From the NCBI RefSeq assembly GCF_001194135.2, contig NC_068986.1:44388252-44452251 (forward strand): 64,000 nt of DNA. The letters are read 5' to 3'. The translations under genes were made by a program, and so were the position numbers. This document shows, one piece after another, positions 39,690-52,950 of this stretch. Under the pieces are notes generated by a model. It saw nothing but the letters and a program-made list of their open reading frames with translations. It was not told where the DNA came from and ran no database searches. The stretch comes from Octopus bimaculoides (lineage: Eukaryota). Position 1 is the stretch's first letter, and each line of letters opens with the position of its first letter.

Positions 39690-41165
39690 TATATATACAT
39701 ACATACACACACACATGACAGACTTCCACACAGTTTCTGCTCACCAAATTCACTCACAAGGAATTGTCAACCTGGAGCTATAGCAGAAAGCCATGCAGTG
39801 GGACAGAGCTTGAAATCAAACAGTAGCAAAGTGAACTTCGACCTGACGCTAACATTTAAAAAGCAGTTAAAAGACTAAAAACAAAAGTGAGTCTATGAAA
39901 GAATTTCCCCCATTTTTTTTTCTTGCCTTACAACCACAGCAACCAGACCACTCTCTCCCTCCTTTTCCCAATGAAGGTCAAGAATCTAGGAAGTTACAGT
40001 CTTCAGTTCTCAAGATAAATTTATCAAACAGATTCTTCAATTGACTAATTGGTGCGGCTGCTGATCATTGCCAGTTTTCTTAGACAGAAAGTTTTGGTTT
40101 TGTTGTCGTCTCCGCCTGCCCCACTGCTTAGATTTTGGTGTACCTTGATCCGTTGGTGACTACTTGACTCTGTATAAATTTCTAATGCATCATATGATTT
40201 GCACCTACACACACAAATCAAACAAACTAGCTTTCATCTATTCAACTGAATATAGTAAATATTTCCTGCAGACCAACAGTGGCACAAAATGCAATATCAA
40301 AGCTGACTAGCAGGAATTGAACTCAATCATTAATCAATGAAATTAATTACTGCTCAGCACATTACCATTTCTGCCACTCTTGCAGAAATGATAATGATAT
40401 AATAAATTATATTAAAGTAATAGTAATAATAATGGCTTCAAAGTTTGGTACAAAGCCAATAACTTTGATGTGTAGGGATTGGTTACATGATTTTAAGATT
40501 TAAATTTGCATGTTTTCAAAATAAATCTATGTTCATGCAACCTTTTGTAAGTAGCAAATCGATTCTATAAATGTTTCCCCAGTGCAGTAGAGCAAGTGAG
40601 TTTGCTAGTTATATTACTAAAGCCAATGAAAGGCGCTCAAGCTGTTAGAAAAAGCAACCAAATCTCCTGCAACTACCATTTCAAATAAACGATTCATAAG
40701 ATAATGTAGTCCTTTGTATCCCTATAGAAGAGAGATGACCATGGCTAGAATACCTTTGCACTTGGTCTTCTTCATCATACTGATCTAGGCCTAAACAACA
40801 ACTTTAAGACTATACTTATCAACTGGATCTTTCTGACTATAAATATCATTTCTTTCCTGGAGAAGCTTCATATACTTGAAGATGATCATTGCAATGAAGA
40901 GTAATGATAATATCAATAAAGGACTTGATAGGAAAAGGCCTTTAGTAGCAACTGAGTTCATCTGCATTCAGATCCTGTTGGTATTGACTTAGCCTTTCAT
41001 CTATGAAAGGATCAATAAAATAAGTTCCAATCAAATGCAAGAGTCAAATCAATTTTGTTCTACCAAAATTTGTGGCTTCATACAAATGCCAGAAATCAGA
41101 ATGATTAGTCAAATGTGTGTGTGTGTGTGTGTGTACATACACATATTTGTATCATCTTAGTAGAA

Positions 41166-41515
41166 GGTTCGGAATACACATTAGAACAAGGCCATCATTT
41201 CATCATCAGAACAAACTTCACCTGTGCATCGGAAAACTTCATTTATGTGATAACATGCACAGGATGCAGTAGGCAATATATAGGCCATGCAAAAAAACAG
41301 CCTATGAAAAAGGATGGCAGTATATAAATCCCAAATTAGGAATCCTGAATACAGGAAAATACCTGTCAGCGGCCACATTGACAGATGTACACCGAATAAA
41401 AATCCAAAGTTTACAACCTTCCCACTTTACCAATTAAATGACAACGCAACCTTCACCCAAAGTCAAAACAAAGAGCTTCATTTTATTAGAAAATTCGGAC
41501 CAGGTTTAAACACCC
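41166..41515 (+). mobile_element. Penelope-like element, GIY-YIG endonuclease remnant
   Basis: FIIRTNFTCASENFIYVITCTGCSRQYIG, then after a frameshift YKSQIRNPEYRKIPVSGHI...ELHFIRKFGPGLN. This is a GIY-YIG signature with a CxxC and a C-terminal E..I....P.LN motif. Confidence 0.8.
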
Positions 41516-41923
41516 TGGGCCAGGAACATTTAAACCATATATTGGTTATCCAAAAAAAGGCAAAAAAGAAAACAAAGAATTCTAAAACTCCACCACCACA
41601 GCCACGATAACTACTACTACTGCAAACAACGGTTCCTGCTACTACTACTACTATGACCAACGGTCACTACTACTACTACTACTACTACTACTGCATCCTC
41701 TATTACTACAGCCAATTAACTACTGCTGTTAGCACAGACAATGGTCACTCTCGTTTACAACTACCAACATGGTCACTATTACTACTACTACAGCCAATGA
41801 TTCAAGTCAACGCACAAGACAGCCATTATGTCCCCACACATAAAACGCTTCCACGTGGACTCTGTTGACACCAGTAAGAAACAATTATGAACTTTTCTTT
41901 TAATTACATTTTTTAAAAAATAT

Positions 41924-41973
41924 GTATTTTTGATAAGGTTCATTTTTTTCAAGAACCGAAACATGTAAAATAT
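41924..41973 (+). ncRNA. Degenerate hammerhead ribozyme motif with mutated core
   Basis: GTATTT-TTGATAA-GGTTC(11 nt)GAACC-GAAA-CATG-T-A-AAATAT. Stems I-III and GAAA are in the right places, but the core is TTGATAA rather than CTGATGA. Confidence 0.45.
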
Positions 41974-43064
41974 CTCTGAGAAAATTAAAATTTATCATAT
42001 ATAGTGGCGTTTCAAACTTCTTTTTTCTAAATATATACGTTTTGTTTGCAATGTCCTGTACCCAGATATGCACCTATATATACAGGTAGACGTAGGTATG
42101 CACATACCTGTACATATATATGCATATACTCATTTATTATTTGTTTTACATGATTGAACGCCTGCATCATCCCTGTTGTAAGTAGTTTTTTCAACTTTAT
42201 ATTTTCTGACGCGACTATCTCTTTCACTTTTTCCCCCTCTCGTTCTTCCTTCTGTTACTACTATATTTTTCTCTTCCTCTCTTTCTCTAGTTGCTCACCT
42301 ATTCTACTTCCTCCCCTTGTTTCTCCCTCTACCACTCTCTCTCTTCCTTACCCCTCCCTGGTCACATGCTTCCGGTCACTAATCCTTTTCTTCCTTGGCT
42401 ATCGCCGAGCAAACATGCGAACTTACTTCGTCCCGCTTTCAGTTCATGCCTCACAGCGTTCATATACACATAATTTTTCACGTCTGGCCGCATAGCCTTT
42501 TCCGTTTGTTTTCCTGTCTTGTTTTTTGTCCGCCACTACATTCCTCCATGGCACAGGTTTAATTTGTGTATACAAATTTAATTTGGGGNNNNNNNNNNTG
42601 TGGCTTGCGTGTTTTCTGTACTCTGGTTATTATTATTTTCTTGTCTACGTTTTGTTTGCAATGTCCTGTACCCAGATATGCACCTATATATACAGGTAGA
42701 CGTAGGTATGCACATACCTGTACGTATATATGCATATACTCATTTATTATTTGTTATATATATATATATGCATACATACATACACACACCTACATACATA
42801 TATATGTATGTAGGTGTATGTAGATGGAGCAGGAACAACTGAAGAAGGGTAATATTCTTTATATTGCATGTCTCGTTTCTCTGTTTGTATTTTCGTTGTT
42901 CAAAAAAAGTTCGTTTTCTGTCTTCGTCTTTATGTTTCCGTTTCTCATTGTGTTTAACATTTTTTTGTGATGTCCTGTACCCACATATGCTTGTATATAT
43001 ACATATAGATGTCGGTATGTACATATATGTATGGATATATGCATATAATTATATATTATTTATG

Positions 43065-43110
<46 letters not shown>

Positions 43111-43397
43111 TCAAACAATGCACATTCATACATACAAACACAATATACATATTCACCTATACATACAAAGCCCTATACCTACACATACTTACACAGAAAT
43201 AGGGTTACAATTGAATGTACTTATATGTGCGCACACACAGATGCATAGATACACACATACATGTATACATACATATATATATCTGTACACGTAGCATACA
43301 TGCATATATTCATACATACATCCATATACTCAAAAGTATATACAGGTACCTACCTGTATATACTTAATCACAAACTAGTCTTATTGACGAGTTTTAT

Positions 43398-43499
43398 TTC
43401 TTCATTTCCCTGAAGAGAAGATTACATTGTTTTACACCACTTTATTCCTTTCGAATAATACTAATGATATCTTCGAAACATGTGTTGGAAGTAAAAGAA
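43398..43499 (+). ncRNA. Type I hammerhead ribozyme motif with elongated stem II
   Basis: ATTTCC (43404-09), CTGAAGA (43410-16), GAAGAT...ATCTTC (43417-22/43469-74), GAAA (43475-78), CA-TG-TGT, T (43486), GGAAGT (43487-92). An extra TTCTT/AAGAA pairing extends stem I. The cleavage triplet is GUU. Confidence 0.65.
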
Positions 43500-44156
43500 T
43501 TTGAATCACACCTGCGTTTAAGAAAGGGAGAGAATCCAATGAATTCTTTATATACAACTAATGTAAATAAAACGTTTATAAGGAAGGAAAATTGAAGATG
43601 GATTGTAAATATAATTAACCATTAATGTTGTATCATATTAAGTTACGGTAATTAACCTAAATAAATCGCAATACAAGGTACAAAGCTATAAAGTGATGAA
43701 ATAATAAGAATAAACATGCTTACGATAACAAAATTGATAGTAAATACGTAAATATATATAAATATACTTAAAACTCTACGAATATAACTTTTCGGGGGTT
43801 AAACCTGCTGGACTAAACTAGAGAAGGAGTGAGAGTGTAAACAACTGGCGTTGAAGTTAGATATAATTGTTATTTTAGATAATATTATAATGTTATTATT
43901 CTCATTATTGTTATTATTATTATAAACATAAAAATAAACTTATTATTATTGTTATTGTCTAAAGTTAAATAAAAATAAATACAAAGTGGGGTGATAGTTC
44001 ATACCACATGTAAAGTGGCTGTCAATTAGTGAGTATGTTGGTAGGTGAAAAAAAGAAAAAAAGTAATAGCTAAAATTAGTAAAAAGGATGAAATTAATGA
44101 AATGAGCTGACGGTGTGTTTCCTCCAATGCTGGCATCTGTATGCTCTCTGTGTTAT

Positions 44157-44560
44157 CTAGTTCACTAAATTATTCTTGGAGAACAGAATGTGAAATAGCT
44201 CCAAGTTACAGAGAGAACAAAAATCTTTACCCTTGTCGTAGGGAATTGAGGTAGCCAGTATTGACCATTCCAAAGAGAATTGTTTATTGCAGTCCTTAAG
44301 TTTCCAGATTAACTTATTAAGATTGGTACTATTATTTTTATTCCTATCCCTAAAGGATGAGTAATGGTTAGAGATTCTCCTAGAGGCCTGCATCGAAGAG
44401 CAACCAATGTAATGCGAGACCTCTGTGTTAGTCGTTACCTTACATTGATAAACCACATTTTTGGTCCTAGCATTTACACTTAAAAACTTGATTCTATTAC
44501 AATTAGATTCCGAGATACTAATATTATTGTTGTGATAGTTATTGTTATATTTACTAATGT
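44157..44560 (-). mobile_element. Penelope-like element, GIY-YIG endonuclease remnant (different subfamily)
   Basis: ORF 44157-44741 contains KNVVYQCKVTTNTEVSHYIGCSS...RRISNHYSSF...IWKLKD...WSIL...FCSLCNLELFHIL. No RT domain is visible upstream. Confidence 0.8.
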
Positions 44561-47549
44561 TGTACTTGTTACCTATATTTTTATCTAAATAACTATTGCT
44601 ACCATAGAAGTGTGTTGTATTACTGTTTTCGATGTAGCAGGACCCCACCACTTTCGGAGGTGTCTTCAGCTCTGATCTCGAGTGCATTTTTTCATTTTTC
44701 TTTGGCTTTTTTGTTCTTTGGTTTCTCCAATGCAGCGTCAATAAATGTCAGCAGGCAAATGTATGCTAAATACCAGTGTGTATGTGTATAAGTGGCAAAA
44801 TGGTCAATTAATGGAGACACACAAGTGTGTGTGTACAAATGAAAGGCGTGCGCCAATCTGCATGTGAGGACTGGAGTAAAAGTTACATTCATTAGTTATG
44901 AGGTCAAGTTTCTAACTATTTGTTTCAAGGTCACAACTTAAACACTTACAAGAGCCATTGTTGAAGAATCTAAAGAGACACACAACTCGGCATGTCTTGG
45001 TCTGCCTAGCTGTAAAAAAGGGTCACTGACTGACTGGTTAGTAGATAGAAAGATGTACATCTAAAAACAACATTCATATTTACATTCTTATGTTTGCCAA
45101 CATAGGAATGTAAATGAAATGCAGTACACAGAAAATAATATAACAATGTTGTTCAGCTTTGGGTCTACTCTGAACAAACTTAGAATCAAAGTTATTCTAC
45201 CCATGACCATATTTTAGTATATTGGCAGCTAAATTGTTCAATGTGTCTTTATTTTTAAGATAGCAAGGTGTAATTTGAAAAAGATTTGGTTGCTATTTCT
45301 TGAAGGCTGGGCAAATACAGAGACTTGCTCATTGGCTTGTGTGAGCAATGTATATATTAAGAGCAATCAATGATACTGTTCAAATACATTCGAGGCAATA
45401 AAGACTTCTCCAAGTACAGAGTCAATATCTGTGTGTGTCTTAGAAAGTAAAGTTTTTTTTAAATTAAATCTGGTTATTAGTCATAACTTCTTACATAAGA
45501 TAGGGCAAATAAAATTTTGCTACAAAAAAAAAAAATCAGAGCCTAGTGGCTTGATATGAAACTAAATTACTGATTGTAGGGCAAAATGAGCAAATATAAA
45601 AGGCTACACTGGGCAAATATAATTCTGGTTTATAAGACAAACAGGAGGCTGTTAAGACCAGATTGGTCTGATAAGATCATTTTCATTACTGTGTATTTTA
45701 CTATCAGAGCTCATCGCATGTAAACTAGAATCTTATGTTCTTTAGGAAGGCATAACCTACCTTGTTCCTATTTATCTAAGTAATAAAATCATACCTCACT
45801 ATTTCTTCATAATTGAGCAGTTAGACATATGGAGTACCCCACAGGTCTATATATCCATGGTTTCATTATCAATCAACATCCATTTTCCATGCTGGCATGG
45901 GTTGGACAATTTCACAGGCTCCAGCAAGCTACAGGATTGCACTGAGCCCCAGTATCAGCTTTGGCATGGTTTCTATAGCTGAATGCCCTTTCTAACTTCA
46001 ACTACTTTACAGTGTTGTACATTATGATCATGTCAAACGACCACGCTCATGTCAGCATGGAAAAAAGACATTAAATGATGATGATGATGAAGTCTTGGTT
46101 GTATTGGTGAGTTTGTTTACAATATAGAATCCATTAAAGAGCTTCAAGTACAGATTGAATATTGGAAGGCAAACTACAATACTAGTCCAGAAACACATGG
46201 GGAATAATCTTGTTCAATATGCAGGAAAGGAGTAGGCCATAACTAAATATATGCTCAGACAAAGCAATAGGAACACAAATGGTGCAGAGGATTTCTCCAG
46301 TCATAATGGACAAGAAGCTAGAGCTTCAGATGTGTAAGAAGCACTGGATTAACAAAGAGAACTGATTTATCTAAAACTATTACAACTATACATAACTGGA
46401 AAAATTGATGTCAATGGTGTGATGATGGTGGTGTGTCTAAGTCGCAAACTAATTCAGTGGAACTAGAGTTATTTGTCTCTGGCTCAGAATTCCACTTTGA
46501 GTTGTCTCAACATATTTATAACATTTGTCATATCACAACCTGGAACAAATCCAGGTTGAATCCTCTCAAATTTCATATTTACTATCTTCATTGTAAACTC
46601 TTTCTCTTAAACTTCATAAATAATTGCATTAACTTGAAACTACTGCAAAAGAAATTATTTCTGTTTGTTTTTGATACCCTTGTAGAAAAGCAAATATTTC
46701 TAAATCCTTGGTCTTAGTGGTGCTATGAAACTACCTATTCAAGAGATACTAAATAGATATATCACTATGACCTGCCTTCTTATGTAAATATGGAGAGAAT
46801 GATAAAAAAAACTCTAGATTCCATGCACTCATCCAGTGTTTTTGGAATATAGGGTTACATCACACAACATATTACATAAAAGTATATAAGATAGATTTAG
46901 CTGTCATCTTATCCAATTGAGCCAAATGTTTCACTAAGTTCTTTTGCAAAGATTGGACAGGAAAATGTGTTTTGCCTTGTGATTATGGTAGAAGCAGTGG
47001 TTTGAACATGGACAAAAGATGAGATCAGGTAGTTTAATTTTTTTCAAGTATCCATTGGAGAGGAAAGTGATAATGACAATTTGATGTGAGAATATAATTC
47101 ATCTATTCAGTCTTGTCTTTAACAGAGGGCATTTAAAATGTTGACAGTTCTAATTACCCCTCAGTACTTTTTCACACATTTATATATAAATACACAAACA
47201 TACATTTGGTCAACACACACACACAGTGAACTCTTCACCCAGTACTCAAATTGAAACTCAAGCAGCACCTAAGAAAAAAATTTTTTCAACATGTTAATCA
47301 GAATCAAGAGAACTTGTACTTATTTGTGTAATGAAAATGGATCATTGCTTCTCACAGTACAATAGTCAATTTTACTGCATTTGCAGCACCTGTATTTTAT
47401 TTGGTGAATAAAACTTCTTTATTTAAATCATATGTATATTTCTTCGTATTTCACTCATTTCTACTATATTCAGAATATTAACGATAATACTGATGTACAT
47501 ATAAAAAGTTTTAATGTGTTTTATAAGGTACTATGGTAATATAAAAAGT

Positions 47550-50500
47550 GAAGATTACACATCCCATAATGCCAGACAGTGTGTGTGTGTACACTCACGG
47601 TCAGATGAACTCGTTCGGTCAGTTGTCATAGCATGTAGGGACTCAACCGATTCCAGATTTATAGGCAATTCTGTATGTATTTGATAATTTTGTATTGTCT
47701 TCTAATGTGGTAATTAATGATTCTTTGTGGCAATCAAATCATTTTGGCTGACATGATAAAGCATTTGACATCGTTTTACCCCTCTACATCCCGAGTTCAA
47801 ATCATACATCATTGACTTTGCCTTTCATCCTTCTGGTGTTATTGATAAGTACCATTCATGTAGAAATCGACTCTCCATTTCCTATAAATTTAAGTCAGTT
47901 GACTTTACCTTTCATCTTATCAGGATCGATAAAGTATAAGTCAAATATTAGGGTCGTTATAATCATCTACATCCTTCAAATGCGAGGCGAATATTACAAT
48001 TCGTTATTTTTGAGGCAGTGATATTAGTACAGTCAATAGAAAAATTAAAGGTTATTATTCAAACAACAGCAATTTTAAAAAATTTTTCTTTTCGAGACAA
48101 GAACTCATTGTATATTGGAACCATTCAATTACCTACTTATTTTCTATTATTGTTAATAAAGCAAATGCTGAAACAATAATAGTAGCTTTTTGTGTTTTTT
48201 TAAAGCATCAAATAAATGAGTAATTGTTTATTAAAGAAAACACAGGGTAACAGTTATCTCTTAAATAGGACAGTTTTTATATACAACTGGAAAACATGTT
48301 TACTATGTAATAGAGCTAGATTAACGGTTTAAAGGTTAAACACATGCATCGTCAAAATGTTTCATTGATAATTTTTTTTTTAAAGAATAGGATGGGGGAA
48401 CAAGTTAATGAAAAAAAAGTTCGAATTGATTTTAGCAACAAATGTAAGGGAAATTAGGTAAAGAATTCCAGAAAAGATGACACATAGCAGAATAGCACAT
48501 TCTTATACAATCGAACACCTTGCACCCACGCATATTACACACACATACACAATGTTCTACAGTTAAACGCCTAGTCCGGAGCGTAAGTGATTTCTTCTCA
48601 TGACATACAACAGCTCACCCTTCTTTACTTTACATGAAACTGACTCATGCCAATGCAAACCACCAATATAATCTCTCCAAATTCTAGCGACTATCTTTTG
48701 CTTTGCGTGCTACTTTTTTTTTTTTTTTTGTATCTTTTGAACTCTGCTTGTGAATATCAACCACAATACATAATAGACTTATATTAGATGTCCCCAAGAA
48801 TAAAATTTAAAAAACTTTGAAAGGACATTTTATATTTAAAATGTGTATTTATAGCCATACAAATAAATATAAGATAATTCAAAAATCAATATTGTATTGA
48901 GAATTCTAAATCGGGGGAAATTGATTTTCGCAAAAGAAAAAAAGAAAATGAAAATTATGTTGCAAGACCATTTAGATTTTATCTCAAATAGTCTACGAAA
49001 TGTGACATGAGAGAGTGAGTGAAAGGGAGGGAGGGAGAGAGAGCATCAACACGGAAACTGAATGAATGAATCTTTTGATTGCATTTTAACACGTAGATTT
49101 ATTAAATCGAAAATAAATAGCATTCAGATATTCAAGAAACGAGAGCACAATTTCAGTTCCATAGAAACTTACTCAACGAATAAAATTAATTGAGCGCAAA
49201 GGTGGACTTTGTGAACTTCGAACGGATTCTAAAGTAAATCAAAAGAAGGAAGTTGCTTTTATGAAGATAATGTCCTAAGACTTACTCCGTATTACAATGT
49301 TAACGTCGAGGATTCAGGAAGAACATACGTCAGAATAAAAATTGAATAAAATAACTGAAAGAACCAATGGAGGAAGCTCGTTATCCTGTAATAATAACAT
49401 AAGTTCATTACAAACATTAGGCTTTTCTAAAGGAATGCGACAAAAAATGACTTTAAATCACTGAGTGCATCCATAACTGTGTGTGCATCCAGTGAGTGAT
49501 CCTTAAAGTGGTAATGACATTGGTTATTGGAATTGACGTAATACAAATCAGTGCAGAAGATTATGATCGACCATCACCCATCAACTACGTAGTGTTGTTA
49601 TGCAAGTGTCATTAAATAGCTCCGTGAAATATCAGAGATAAGGTAGGGGAGGGGCACAAGAAGTGAAATATATCACTAATGCACGATGTACAACAACATA
49701 TCAGTTGACAACTACAATCAGCGGGCACTTTAGTTGTTGATGAAATTTACAGCAAGGCATTATATATTTTTGATATCATTTCCTTTATCGCCCCTTTTTA
49801 GTCTCTAATGTTTTTAATTAGAGACATCAGACCAGAATCTGATTAGCTGAATTGTGAAATTGATAGTAAAATAGATTACACAGATAATCTAGACATAGAT
49901 TTTAGTGTACGATAGCTGAAATGTAGGATTACTCCAGGAATAGATGGATGCATACATGCACACATATACATACCAATACATAAGCTAATGACCAGCTATG
50001 GCTTCGGTTTGAAGAAATAGCACATACATTAAAGTCGTTTGTGCACATAATGTTTAATTTACAATATGTATATCCTTATCAATTGCTTTATAATTAATCT
50101 TTCACAATCGACAAGACTCGACTTAGTTTATAAAGATATATTTAACATCCACCACCATCAAACCAGTCATTCATATACATGTACATGACCAGATAACTAT
50201 ATCTACAAATATTACATATAGCTATTATAATACAACTGAACCAAACTAAGTGTGAGAACATGTCGAAGTCTATACTTTGATTTATATGTAATATTGATTT
50301 GCAACTCAAAAATATTTGCTCCAACTGGTTGTTCAGAGTCAATCTATGAAGCCTACTGCATGTATTACATATATATATGTATATATATTCATATATACAT
50401 AGCTATTGTGTATCGGTAATTATATCCTTGACATGTTTATCATAGATATGGAGTAAATTTAAAGAAGGTAGAGTAGAAAAGGATTTACTGTAGAGAAAAT

Positions 50501-50650
50501 GAAAGGAAATCGACTTACGGGATTGGTGTAGTAAACTACCGAGCTTACGCCAGCATCCTCGATTGCAACCAAGGGGGGTAACTGTGGTAGAGCTTTATTT
50601 TATTTTACCTTTTTGCAGTCGAAGAGTTCGCTTACAACATTCAACAGTTG
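47550..50650. promoter_or_regulatory. Candidate promoter or 5'-exon region (CpG-retaining, mostly unique sequence)
   Basis: Visibly more CpG dinucleotides than the surrounding intronic DNA (not counted). Minus-strand GTAAGT donors occur at 50518-50513 and 49285-49280. It lies between RPL36 and the WDR7 ATG exon, which needs an upstream non-coding exon. Confidence 0.3.
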
Positions 50651-51420
50651 CGTCTTCACTTTGACTTCTCTTGTTCTTAATTTAAACAAAAAAAAAACAA
50701 CAACAAACAAACCAAAAGCGTTGTAATTTAGCACAATATCTACCCTGATTAATCAAAGGCGTTCTAACTATAACCACCCGTCTTTTTTCATGCCAGATTT
50801 AGTATATCTCGGACTACGATATCCAATGTATCCTACCTTAAGATGGTAGGGTGTATGATTGTGATTTATGGGAACTTTGTCTGCTACTTCTAGAATGTTA
50901 GGCGACTATTTAGAGACTTCTAATTTTGGTTTACAAGCCTCCCAAAAGTGTGTTGCTGACTTTTGTCATTTCTCTGTTTTGAAGAAATACAATGCTTGTG
51001 TTGTTTGGATGTTGAAGAGTTTACCTATAACATTCAACAGTTGCGTCTTCACTTCGATTTTTTCTTGCTCTTAATTTTTTTTTTTAAGTGTTTAGCGCCA
51101 GTCCTACTCTGATTAATTAAATGCATTCTAACCGTGACCATCCATCTTCCACCAATCCCCGCCAGATTTAGTACACCTAGTACTATGTTTTCCAATCTAC
51201 CCCAGCTTCTTTTAAGATGGTGATGTGTGATATGTGGGAGGTTTGTCTGCTATTTTTAAGTACAAGTTAAGCGACTACTTAGAGACTTTTGTCTCTAGTT
51301 CGGGCCTTCCAAAAACGTGTTTGCTGACATTTGTCATGTCCTTATTTTCAAGAAATACTTGTGTTGGATTTTTTTTCCAAGGCATATCTCCAAGCATGTG
51401 TTGGTTTCTTTACCAATAGT
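50630..51420. repeat. Degenerate tandem duplication of about 393 bp
   Basis: AACATTCAACAGTTGCGTCTTCACTT occurs at 50636 and 51029, and the downstream sequences also align. Confidence 0.75.
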
Positions 51421-52950
51421 TTTTTGTTTTGTTTTGTCTTTTTGTGTGTGAGGGTTTAGCAGTTACAAGGTATTTTCTGTTGAGTATAAAACTAAAACAA
51501 CATAAATGATAAAAATAACGTCAGCATATATAATATTGATAATTTGAAATGTGTGTATGTATGTATAGAAAAAGCGATTTGTTGAACTATGAATAGTTTA
51601 CGAATTATTTGTTCAAGTGATTATAAAATAAAAGTTTTCATATCGTTTATATACGTATATTTATCATATAGTCCTGTCATACTAACGTGCCTACACTCAC
51701 ATGCTCTACCCCACCACATTTTTATCAGATGTTTGAAAAGATAGGTCAGTACCTGTTGAGGTTTCCCGATCAGAATGACTGAGTGATTCAGATGGATATG
51801 GTTAATGTCAGGATTAATACTTGTAGCTTGTGAGTTAGAATACATTGCAAGGAATTCAAAGGTATCTAACCGTGACCATCATGTACTTTTTCCCTAGACA
51901 TAAAGAACTACATTTTCCAATGTATATTGTCTTATTTAGGAAGGTAGGGCATGTAATTTGAGAATTTGCTTGATATTTGTAGCAGGTTGAGAGCTTACTC
52001 TTGTTGGTTCAGGCCTCCCAAAAGCATGTTTTATGTGCTTTGAAGATTAAAAAAATACTGGCTAATAAAAAGTAATCTAAAAAGTAGATATAAGAGTAAT
52101 GTTGTGATTTTGTGTTCATTTAATAATTCATGTATCACTTAACATGTAAGTACTCTCTCAAGTTGGATTTTGAGGTGTAGCATTATTCATTGAATAAAGT
52201 CTTTTGGTGTACAGAATTTTTTTCATTATTTCGTACAATAATTTATTGAGGATGTCTTAAGCATTTAGAAATTTCAGGAAAATGAAATTTTTTTTTCTTT
52301 GTGACAGTGAATCTTGAAGCAAATAAAGCTATAAATAATCCCTTCTGCTTTATACACAAGGCCTGAAATCTAGAGGGAGAGGTGTAGTTGATTACATCAA
52401 CTCCAGTGTTCAACTGGTGCTTATTTCCTGAACCTTGAAAAGATGAGAGGCAAAATTGGTTTTGACAGCATTTGAACTCAGAACGTAAAGACAGATGAAA
52501 TGTTGCTAAGCATAATCCCTTCAACTATAGGCACAAGGCTTGAAATCTGTGGACAGAGGTGTAGTTGATTACATCAACCCCAGTGCTTATTTCATCAACC
52601 TTGAAAGGATGAAAGGTAAAGTTGGCTTTGGCAGCATTTGAACTCAAAACGTAAAGACAGATGAAATGCCACTAAGCATTATGACAGCTCACCACCTTAA
52701 TAAAGCATGTAAATATTGGGTTAAAATAATTCTTTGGTTCCAAAACAGATTTGTGATATTTCATTCAGTCAAACCTGGACAGAGTTTTACATTCTGAAAG
52801 GCCCAGTACATATCCTTCCCAGTTGGCATCAGTCTTCAAAATTCAAACACTGTTAACAAACATTTGAAAATTTTCTAGACAGTATGTCTCAGGGTGCTAC
52901 TTTAGCATGTGGTCTACCTGGTCATTTACATTTTAGTGTGCAGCACAAGT

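Noticed and set aside
39990-40190. CpG-containing unique stretch with a 48-codon open frame on the minus strand
   Set aside because: It has no recognisable homology and only weak splice signals, so an exon call cannot be supported.
44100-44156. Minus-strand GAAAC...GTC-AGCTC just after the GIY-YIG ORF
   Set aside because: The upstream sequence has no CUGANGA core in the right register, so the pattern is too weak to call.
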